This document shows positions 53,001-64,000 of a DNA stretch of 64,000 bases, piece after piece. A program made the translations under genes and the position numbers. The notes below the pieces were generated by a model. The model made no database searches, was not told the DNA's origin, and saw nothing but the letters and a program-made list of their open reading frames with translations. Position 1 is the first letter of the stretch. Every line of letters starts with the position of its first letter. Where the stretch lies: NCBI GenBank assembly GCA_964057225.1, contig OZ059895.1, positions 930,001 through 994,000 on the forward strand, in the 5' to 3' direction. The DNA comes from Auanema rhodensis (lineage: Eukaryota > Animalia > Nematoda).

Positions 53001-56000
53001 TCATTTTTCAAACGATCATAACTAATTTTTGTATCAAGCGTTTCTCAATGTAGTATAGTACATTCGATGCGGATTTTTAAGCTGCGTCGATCTGTGTTAT
53101 CAGATTTGCGCTAGCTTAAAAATGCACCGAGATATCAACTGATATAAGTTCACACTTATATCCTCGATTTTCACCCTGAAGAATTAATTTTTTCGTTGAA
53201 TAACATTGTCCATCGTCTTTGCCTTGAAAAATGGAATCTAAAAACATCTACTTTTCGCTAAATTATTTTGAAATTTTTCGAAAAAATTTTTGTCAAAATG
53301 TTTTTGGAAGCAATGTTGAGTGTACATGGAAACTCAACATACACTAATGCATCATTTTTCAAACGATCATAACTAATTTTTGTATCAAGCGTTTCTCAAT
53401 GTAGTATAGTACATTCGATGCGGATTTTTAAGCTGCGTCGATCTGTGTTATCAGATTTGCGCTAGCTTAAAAATGCACCGAGATATCAACTGATATAAGT
53501 TCACACTTATATCCTCGATTTTCACCCTGAAGAATTAATTTTTTCGTTGAATAACATTGTCCATCGTCTTTGCCTTAAAAAATGGAATCTAAAAACATCT
53601 ACTTTTTGCTAAATTATTTTGAAATTTTTGGAAAAAATTTTTGTCAAAATGTTTTTGGAAGCAATGTTGAGTGTACATGGAAACTCAACATACACTAATG
53701 CATCATTTTTCAAACGATCATAACTAATTTTTGTATCAAACGTTTCTTAATGTAGTATAGTGCATTCGATGCGGATTTTTAAGCTGCGTCGATCTGTGTT
53801 ATCAGATTTGCGCTAGCTTAAAAATGCACCGAGATATCAACTGATATAAGTTCACACTTATATCCTCGATTTTCACCCTGAAGAATTAATTTTTTCGTTG
53901 AATAACATTGTCCATCGTCTTTGCCTTGAAAAATGGAATCTAAAAACATCTACTTTTCGCTAAATTATTTTGAAATTTTTCGAAAAAATTTTTGTCAAAA
54001 TGTTTTTGGAAGCAATGTTGAGTGTACATGGAAACTCAACATACACTAATGCATCATTTTTCAAACGATCATAACTAATTTTTGTATCAAGCGTTTCTCA
54101 ATGTAGTATAGTACATTCGATGCGGATTTTTAAGCTGCGTCGATCTGTGTTATCAGATTTGCGCTAGCTTAAAAATGCACCGAGATATCAACTGATATAA
54201 GTTCACACTTATATCCTCGATTTTCACCCTGAAGAATTAATTTTTTCGTTGAATAACATTGTCCATCGTCTTTGCCTTGAAAAATGGAATCTAAAAACAT
54301 CTACTTTTTGCTAAATTATTTTGAAATTTTTGGAAAAAATTTTTGTCAAAATGTTTTTGGAAGCAATGTTGAGTGTACATGGAAACTCAACATACACTAA
54401 TGCATCATTTTTCAAACGATCATAACTAATTTTTGTATCAAACGTTTCTCAATGTAGTATAGTGCATTCGATGCGGATTTTTAAGCTGCGTCGATCTGTG
54501 TTATCAGATTTGCGCTAGCTTAAAAATGCACCGAGATATCAACTGATATAAGTTCACACTTATATCCTCGATTTTCACCCTGAAGAATTGATTTTTTCGT
54601 TGAATAACATTGTCTATCGTCTTTGCCTTGAAAAATGGAATCTAAAAAGATCTACTTTTTGCTAAATTATTTTGAAATTTTTCGAAGAAATTTTTGTCAA
54701 AATGTTTTTGGAAGCAATGTTGAGTGTACATGGAAACTCAACATACACTAATGCATCATTTTTCAAACGATCATAACTAATTTTTGTATCAAGCGTTTCT
54801 CAATGTAGTATAGTGCATTCGATGCGGATTTTTAAGCTGCGTCGATCTGTGTTATCAGATTTGCGCTAGCTTAAAAATGCACCGAGATATCAACTGATAT
54901 AAGTTCACACTTATATCCTCGATTTTCACCCTGAAGAATTAATTTTTTCGTTGAATAACATTGTCCATCGTCTTTGCCTTGAAAAATGGAATCTAAAAAC
55001 ATCTACTTTTTGCTAAATTATTTTGAAATTTTTCGAAAAAATTTTTGTCAAAATGTTTTTGGAAGCAATGTTGAGTGTACATGGAAACTCAACATACACT
55101 AATGCATCATTTTTCAAACAATCATAACTAATTTGTGTATTAAGCGTTTCTCAATGTAGTATAGTGCATTCGATGCGGATTTTTAAGCTGCGTCGATCTG
55201 TGTTATCAGATTTGCGCTAGCTTAAAAATGCACCGAGATATCAACTGATATAAGTTCACACTTATATCCTCGATTTTCACCCTGAAGAATTAATTTTTTC
55301 GTTGAATAACATTGTCCATCGTCTTTGCCTTAAAAAAAGGAATCTAAAAACATCTACTTTTTGCTAAATTATTTTGAAATTTTTCGAAAAAATTTTTGTC
55401 AAAATGTTTTTGGAAGCAATGTTGAGTGTACATGGAAACTCAACATACACTAATGCATCATTTTTCAAACGATCATAACTAATTTGTGTATTAAGCGTTT
55501 CTCAATGTAGTATAGTGCAATCGATGCGGATTTTTAAGCTGCGTCGATCTGTGTTATCAGATTTGCGCTAGCTTAAAAATGCACCGAGATATCAACTGAT
55601 ATAAGTTTACACTTATATCCTCGATTTTCACCCTGAAGAATTGATTTTTTCGTTGAATAACATTATCTATCGTCTTTGCCTTGAAAAATGGAATCTAAAA
55701 ACATCTACTTTTTGCTAAATTATTTTGAAATTTTTCGAAGAAATTTTTGTCAAAATGTTTTTGGAAGCAATGTTGAGTGTACATGGAAACTCAACATACA
55801 CTAATGCATCATTTTTCAAACAATCATAACTAATTTGTGTATCAAGCGTTTCTCAATGTAGTATAGTGCATTCGATGCGGATTTTTAAGCTGCGTCGATC
55901 TGTGTTATCAGATTTGCGCTAGCTTAAAAATGCACCGAGATATCAACTGATATAAGTTCACACTTATATCCTCGATTTTCACCCTGAAGAATTAATTTTT

Positions 56001-59000
56001 TCGTTGAATAACATTGTCTATCGTCTTTGCCTTGAGAAATGGAATCTAAAAACATCTACTTTTTGCTAAATTATTTTGAAATTTTTCGAAAAAATTTTTG
56101 TCAAAATGTTTTTGGAAGCAATGTTGAGTGTACATGGAAACTCAACATACACTAATGCATCATTTTTCAAACGATCATAACTAATTTTTGTATCAAGCGT
56201 TTCTCAATGTAGTATAGTGCATTCGATGCGGATTTTTAAGCTGCGTCGATCTGTGTTATCAGATTTGCGCTAGCTTAAAAATGCACCGAGATATCAACTG
56301 ATATAAGTTCACACTTATATCCTCGATTTTCACCCTGAAGAATTAATTTTTTCGTTGAATAACATTGTCCATCGTCTTTGCCTTGAAAAATGGAATCTAA
56401 AAACATCTACTTTTTGCTAAATTATTTTGAAATTTTTCGAAAAAATTTTTGTCAAAATGTTTTTGGAAGCAATGTTGAGTGTACATGGAAACTCAACATA
56501 CACTAATGCATCATTTTTCAAACGATCATAACTAATTTGTGTATTAAGCGTTTCTCAATGTAGTATAGTGCAATCGATGCGGATTTTTTAGCTGCGTCGA
56601 TCTGTGTTATCAGATTTGCGCTAGCTTAAAAATGCACCGAGATATCAACTGATATAAGTTTACACTTATATCCTCGATTTTCACCCTGAAGAATTGATTT
56701 TTTCGTTGAATAACATTGTCTATCGTCTTTGCCTTGAAAAATGGAATCTAAAAACATCTACTTTTTGCTAAATTATTTTGAAATTTTTCGAAGAAATTTT
56801 TGTCAAAATGTTTTTGGAAGCAATGTTGAGTGTACATGGAAACTCAACATACACTAATGCATCATTTTTCAAACAATCATAACTAATTTGTGTATCAAGC
56901 GTTTCTCAATGTAGTATAGTGCATTCGATGCGGATTTTTAAGCTGCGTCGATCTGTGTTATCAGATTTGCGCTAGCTTAAAAATGCACCGAGATATCAAC
57001 TGATATAAGTTCACACTTATATCCTCGATTTTCACCCTGAAGAATTAATTTTTTCGTTGAATAACATTGTCCATCGTCTTTGCCTTAAAAAAAGGAATCT
57101 AAAAACATCTACTTTTTGCTAAATTATTTTGAAATTTTTCGAAAAAATTTTTGTCAAAATGTTTTTGGAAGCAATGTTGAGTGTACATGGAAACTCAACA
57201 TACACTAATGCATCATTTTTCAAACGATCATAACTAATTTTTGTATTAAGCGTTTCTCAATGTAGTATAGTGCATTCGATGCGGATTTTTAAGCTGCGTC
57301 GATCTGTGTTATCAGATTTGCGCTAGCTTAAAAATGCACCGAGATATCAACTGATATAAGTTCACACTTATATCCTCGATTTTCACCCTGAAGAATTGAT
57401 TTTTTCGTTGAATAACATTGTCTATCGTCTTTGCCTTGAAAAATGGAATCTAAAAACATCTACTTTTTGCTAAATTATTTTGAAATTTTTCGAAAAAATT
57501 TTTGTCAAAATGTTTTTGGAAGCAATGTTGAGTGTACATGGAAACTCAACATACACTAATGCATCATTTTTCAAACGATCATAACTAATTTTTGTATCAA
57601 GCGTTTCTCAATGTAGTATAGTGCAATCGATGCGGATTTTTTAGCTGCGTCGATCTGTGTTATCAGATTTGCGCTAGCTTAAAAATGCACCGAGATATCA
57701 ACTGATATAAGTTTACACTTATATCCTCGATTTTCACCCTGAAGAATTGATTTTTTCGTTGAATAACATTGTCTATCGTCTTTGCCTTGAAAAATGGAAT
57801 CTAAAAACATCTACTTTTTGCTAAATTATTTTGAAATTTTTCGAAGAAATTTTTGTCAAAATGTTTTTGGAAGCAATGTTGAGTGTACATGGAAACTCAA
57901 CATACACTAATGCATCATTTTTCAAACAATCATAACTAATTTGTGTATCAAGCGTTTCTCAATGTAGTATAGTGCATTCGATGCGGATTTTTAAGCTGCG
58001 TCGATCTGTGTTATCAGATTTGCGCTAGCTTAAAAATGCACCGAGATATCAACTGATATAAGTTCACACTTATATCCTCGATTTTCACCCTGAAGAATTA
58101 ATTTTTTCGTTGAATAACATTGTCCATCGTCTTTGCCTTAAAAAAAGGAATCTAAAAACATCTACTTTTTGCTAAATTATTTTGAAATTTTTCGAAAAAA
58201 TTTTTGTCAAAATGTTTTTGGAAGCAATGTTGAGTGTACATGGAAACTCAACATACACTAATGCATCATTTTTCAAACGATCATAACTAATTTGTGTATC
58301 AAGCGTTTCTCAATGTAGTATAGTGCATTCGATGCGGATTTTTAAGCTGCGTCGATCTGTGTTATCAGATTTGCGCTAGCTTAAAAATGCACCGAGATAT
58401 CAACTGATATAAGTTCACACTTATATCCTCGATTTTCACCCTGAAGAATTAATTTTTTCGTTGAATAACATTGTCTATCGTCTTTGCCTTGAAAAATGGA
58501 ATCTAAAAACATCTACTTTTTGCTAAATTATTTTGAAATTTTTCGAAAAAATTTTTGTCAAAATGTTTTTGGAAGCAATGTTGAGTGTACATGGAAACTC
58601 AACATACACTAATGCATCATTTTTCAAACGATCATAACTAATTTTTGTATTAAGCGTTTCTCAATGTAGTATAGTGCAATCGATGCGGATTTTTTAGCTG
58701 CGTCGATCTGTGTTATCAGATTTGCGCTAGCTTAAAAATGCACCGAGATATCAACTGATATAAGTTTACACTTATATCCTCGATTTTCACCCTGAAGAAT
58801 TGATTTTTTCGTTGAATAACATTGTCTATCGTCTTTGCCTTGAAAAATGGAATCTAAAAACATCTACTTTTTGCTAAATTATTTTGAAATTTTTCGAAGA
58901 AATTTTTGTCAAAATGTTTTTGGAAGCAATGTTGAGTGTACATGGAAACTCAACATACACTAATGCATCATTTTTCAAACAATCATAACTAATTTGTGTA

Positions 59001-62000
59001 TCAAGCGTTTCTCAATGTAGTATAGTGCATTCGATGCGGATTTTTAAGCTGCGTCGATCTGTGTTATCAGATTTGCGCTAGCTTAAAAATGCACCGAGAT
59101 ATCAACTGATATAAGTTCACACTTATATCCTCGATTTTCACCCTGAAGAATTAATTTTTTCGTTGAATAACATTGTCCATCGTCTTTGCCTTAAAAAAAG
59201 GAATCTAAAAACATCTACTTTTTGCTAAATTATTTTGAAATTTTTCGAAAAAATTTTTGTCAAAATGTTTTTGGAAGCAATGTTGAGTGTACATGGAAAC
59301 TCAACATACACTAATGCATCATTTTTCAAACGATCATAACTAATTTGTGTATCAAGCGTTTCTCAATGTAGTATAGTGCATTCGATGCGGATTTTTAAGC
59401 TGCGTCGATCTGTGTTATCAGATTTGCGCTAGCTTAAAAATGCACCGAGATATCAACTGATATAAGTTCACACTTATATCCTCGATTTTCACCCTGAAGA
59501 ATTAATTTTTTCGTTGAATAACATTGTCTATCGTCTTTGCCTTGAAAAATGGAATCTAAAAACATCTACTTTTTGCTAAATTATTTTGAAATTTTTCGAA
59601 AAAATTTTTGTCAAAATGTTTTTGGAAGCAATGTTGAGTGTACATGGAAACTCAACATACACTAATGCATCATTTTTCAAACGATCATAACTAATTTTTG
59701 TATCAAGCGTTTCTCAATGTAGTATAGTGCATTCGATGCGGATTTTTAAGCTGCGTCGATCTGTGTTATCAGATTTGCGCTAGCTTAAAAATGCACCGAG
59801 ATATCAACTGATATAAGTTCACACTTATATCCTCGATTTTCACCCTGAAGAATTAATTTTTTCGTTGAATAACATTGTCCATCGTCTTTGCCTTGAAAAA
59901 TGGAATCTAAAAACATCTACTTTTTGCTAAATTATTTTGAAATTTTTCGAAAAAATTTTTGTCAAAATGTTTTTGGAAGCAATGTTGAGTGTACATGGAA
60001 ACTCAACATACACTAATGCATCATTTTTCAAACGATCATAACTAATTTGTGTATTAAGCGTTTTTCAATGTAGTATAGTGCAATCGATGCGGATTTTTAA
60101 GCTGCGTCGATCTGTGTTATCAGATTTGCGCTAGCTTAAAAATGCACCGAGATATCAACTGATATAAGTTCACACTTATATCCTCGATTTTCACCCTGAA
60201 GAATTAATTTTTTCGTTGAATAACATTGTCTATCGTCTTTGCCTTGAGAAATGGAATCTAAAAACATCTACTTTTTGCTAAATTATTTTGAAATTTTTCG
60301 AAAAAATTTTTGTCAAAATGTTTTTGGAAGCAATGTTGAGTGTACATGGAAACTCAACATACACTAATGCATCATTTTTCAAACGATCATAACTAATTTT
60401 TGTATCAAGCGTTTCTCAATGTAGTATAGTGCATTCGATGCGGATTTTTAAGCTGCGTCGATCTGTGTTATCAGATTTGCGCTAGCTTAAAAATGCACCG
60501 AGATATCAACTGATATAAGTTCACACTTATATCCTCGATTTTCACCCTGAAGAATTAATTTTTTCGTTGAATAACATTGTCCATCGTCTTTGCCTTGAAA
60601 AATGGAATCTAAAAACATCTACTTTTTGCTAAATTATTTTGAAATTTTTCGAAAAAATTTTTGTCAAAATGTTTTTGGAAGCAATGTTGAGTGTACATGG
60701 AAACTCAACATACACTAATGCATCATTTTTCAAACGATCATAACTAATTTGTGTATTAAGCGTTTCTCAATGTAGTATAGTGCAATCGATGCGGATTTTT
60801 AAGCTGCGTCGATCTGTGTTATCAGATTTGCGCTAGCTTAAAAATGCACCGAGATATCAACTGATATAAGTTTACACTTATATCCTCGATTTTCACCCTG
60901 AAGAATTGATTTTTTCGTTGAATAACATTGTCTATCGTCTTTGCCTTGAAAAATGGAATCTAAAAACATCTACTTTTTGCTAAATTATTTTGAAATTTTT
61001 CGAAGAAATTTTTGTCAAAATGTTTTTGGAAGCAATGTTGAGTGTACATGGAAACTCAACATACACTAATGCATCATTTTTCAAACAATCATAACTAATT
61101 TGTGTATCAAGCGTTTCTCAATGTAGTATAGTGCATTCGATGCGGATTTTTAAGCTGCGTCGATCTGTGTTATCAGATTTGCGCTAGCTTAAAAATGCAC
61201 CGAGATATCAACTGATATAAGTTCACACTTATATCCTCGATTTTCACCCTGAAGAATTAATTTTTTCGTTGAATAACATTGTCTATCGTCTTTGCCTTGA
61301 GAAATGGAATCTAAAAACATCTACTTTTTGCTAAATTATTTTGAAATTTTTTGAAAAAATTTTTGTCAAAATGTTTTTGGAAGCAATGTTGAGTGTACAT
61401 GGAAACTCAACATACACTAATGCATCATTTTTCAAACGATCATAACTAATTTTTGTATCAAGCGTTTCTCAATGTAGTATAGTGCATTCGATGCGGATTT
61501 TTAAGCTGCGTCGATCTGTGTTATCAGATTTGCGCTAGCTTAAAAATGCACCGAGATATCAACTGATATAAGTTCACACTTATATCCTCGATTTTCACCC
61601 TGAAGAATTAATTTTTTCGTTGAATAACATTGTCCATCGTCTTTGCCTTGAAAAATGGAATCTAAAAACATCTACTTTTTGCTAAATTATTTTGAAATTT
61701 TTCGAAAAAATTTTTGTCAAAATGTTTTTGGAAGCAATGTTGAGTGTACATGGAAACTCAACATACACTAATGCATCATTTTTCAAACGATCATAACTAA
61801 TTTGTGTATTAAGCGTTTCTCAATGTAGTATAGTGCAATCGATGCGGATTTTTTAGCTGCGTCGATCTGTGTTATCAGATTTGCGCTAGCTTAAAAATGC
61901 ACCGAGATATCAACTGATATAAGTTTACACTTATATCCTCGATTTTCACCCTGAAGAATTGATTTTTTCGTTGAATAACATTGTCTATCGTCTTTGCCTT

Positions 62001-64000
62001 GAAAAATGGAATCTAAAAACATCTACTTTTTGCTAAATTATTTTGAAATTTTTCGAAGAAATTTTTGTCAAAATGTTTTTGGAAGCAATGTTGAGTGTAC
62101 ATGGAAACTCAACATACACTAATGCATCATTTTTCAAACAATCATAACTAATTTGTGTATCAAGCGTTTCTCAATGTAGTATAGTGCATTCGATGCGGAT
62201 TTTTAAGCTGCGTCGATCTGTGTTATCAGATTTGCGCTAGCTTAAAAATGCACCGAGATATCAACTGATATAAGTTCATACTTATATCCTCGATTTTCAC
62301 CCTGAAGAATTAATTTTTTCGTTGAATAACATTGTCCATCGTCTTTGCCTTAAAAAAAGGAATCTAAAAACATCTACTTTTTGCTAAATTATTTTGAAAT
62401 TTTTCGAAAAAATTTTTGTCAAAATGTTTTTGGAAGCAATGTTGAGTGTACATGGAAACTCAACATACACTAATGCATCATTTTTCGAACGATCATAACT
62501 AATTTTTGTATTAAGCGTTTCTCAATGTAGTATAGTGCATTCGATGCGGATTTTTAAGCTGCGTCGATCTGTGTTATCAGATTTGCGCTAGCTTAAAAAT
62601 GCACCGAGATATCAACTGATATAAGTTCACACTTATATCCTCGATTTTCACCCTGAAGAATTGATTTTTTCGTTGAATAACATTGTCTATCGTCTTTGCC
62701 TTGAAAAATGGAATCTAAAAACATCTACTTTTTGCTAAATTATTTTGAAATTTTTCGAAAAAATTTTTGTCAAAATGTTTTTGGAAGCAATGTTGAGTGT
62801 ACATGGAAACTCAACATACACTAATGCATCATTTTTCAAACGATCATAACTAATTTTTGTATCAAGCGTTTCTCAATGTAGTAAAGTGCATTCGATGCGG
62901 ATTTTTAAGCTGCGTCGATCTGTGTTATCAGATTTGCGCTAGCTTAAAAATGCACCGAGATATCAACTGATATAAGTTCACACTTATATCCTCGATTTTC
63001 ACCCTGAAGAATTAATTTTTTCGTTGAATAACATTGTCCATCGTCTTTGCCTTGAAAAATGGAATCTAAAAACATCTACTTTTTGCTAAATTATTTTGAA
63101 ATTTTTCGAAAAAATTTTTGTCAAAATGTTTTTGGAAGCAATGTTGAGTGTACATGGAAACTCAACATACACTAATGCATCATTTTTCAAACGATCATAA
63201 CTAATTTGTGTATTAAGCGTTTCTCAATGTAGTATAGTGCAATCGATGCGGATTTTTTAGCTGCGTCGATCTGTGTTATCAGATTTGCGCTAGCTTAAAA
63301 ATGCACCGAGATATCAACTGATATAAGTTTACACTTATATCCTCGATTTTCACCCTGAAGAATTGATTTTTTCGTTGAATAACATTGTCTATCGTCTTTG
63401 CCTTGAAAAATGGAATCTAAAAACATCTACTTTTTGCTAAATTATTTTGAAATTTTTCGAAGAAATTTTTGTCAAAATGTTTTTGGAAGCAATGTTGAGT
63501 GTACATGGAAACTCAACATACACTAATGCATCATTTTTCAAACAATCATAACTAATTTGTGTATCAAGCGTTTCTCAATGTAGTATAGTGCATTCGATGC
63601 GGATTTTTAAGCTGCGTCGATCTGTGTTATCAGATTTGCGCTAGCTTAAAAATGCACCGAGATATCAACTGATATAAGTTCACACTTATATCCTCGATTT
63701 TCACCCTGAAGAATTAATTTTTTCGTTGAATAACATTGTCCATCGTCTTTGCCTTGAAAAATGGAATCTAAAAACATCTACTTTTTGCTAAATTATTTTG
63801 AAATTTTTCGAAAAAATTTTTGTCAAAATGTTTTTGGAAGCAATGTTGAGTGTACATGGAAACTCAACATACACTAATGCATCATTTTTCAAACGATCAT
63901 AACTAATTTGTGTATTAAGCGTTTCTCAATGTAGTATAGTGCAATCGATGCGGATTTTTTAGCTGCGTCGATCTGTGTTATCAGATTTGCGCTAGCTTAA
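41074..64000. repeat. HOR domain built from 3-monomer subunits (9-mer and derivatives), interrupted at ~50.5-55.4 kb
   Basis: AGTTTACAC (p144T) occurs at 13 sites from 42972 to 63330, most often 1053 bp apart. ATTCTG occurs at 42387 and 45546 (3159 = 9 monomers). Confidence 0.8.
51955..54060. repeat. Local tandem duplication of a 3-monomer (1053-bp) unit
   Basis: TAGTACATT occurs at 52007/52358 and again at 53060/53411. AAACGTTTCTTAA occurs at ~52695 and ~53748. Confidence 0.85.

Larger units (their letters stand above)
1..64000. repeat. Satellite DNA array, 351-bp monomer, 182 full copies + 112-bp partial, head-to-tail, single orientation
   Basis: The unit TCAAAC(G/A)ATCATAACTAATT...GCATCATTTT recurs at 1, 352, 3161, 10181, 18961, 25981, 61081 and 63889. 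All fit n*351+1 plus a cumulative offset from four indels (~1584-1592 +1; 16191-16200 +5; ~19942-19947 +1; ~24836-24838 -1). A hand count of the consensus gives ~111 G+C in 351 (~32%). The array runs off both window ends. Confidence 0.99.

Noticed and set aside
1-64000. CRISPR array or other prokaryotic repeat-spacer system
   Set aside because: The palindromic segments are separated by sequence that is the same in every unit. There are no unique spacers and no cas or other genes.
1-64000. Rolling-circle concatemer or sequencing artefact of a single 351-bp template
   Set aside because: Variants are shared in ordered, hierarchical blocks rather than being random errors, which indicates a real evolved array. 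Local mis-assembly cannot be excluded without reads.

Overview
The whole 64,000-bp window is one uninterrupted head-to-tail tandem array of a 351-bp AT-rich (~32% GC) monomer: 182 complete copies plus a 112-bp partial copy. I read it as eukaryotic-type satellite DNA (centromeric/pericentromeric-like) but cannot assign the species or a named family. I find no genes, RNA genes, CRISPR arrays, transposon insertions or orientation switches, and the four supplied ORFs are by-products of the repeat. Monomers differ by only a few substitutions, and four small indels (+1, +5, +1, -1) account for the phase across the window. The interesting structure is at two levels. (1) The monomer is dense in dyad symmetries, and the two regions carrying the best hairpins are the least variable parts. 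(2) Diagnostic variants show successive local higher-order-repeat (HOR) domains (2-, 3-, 4-, 5-, 6- and 9/12-mers), two-allele haplotype blocks that reassort, and long-range block duplication. I see no direct evidence for a novel gene-based system. The most testable new idea is that the monomer is a structured, foldback-like unit. Notation: pN is the position within the monomer, with p1 = the T of TCAAAC (window position 1). All counts are by eye and should be confirmed by alignment.
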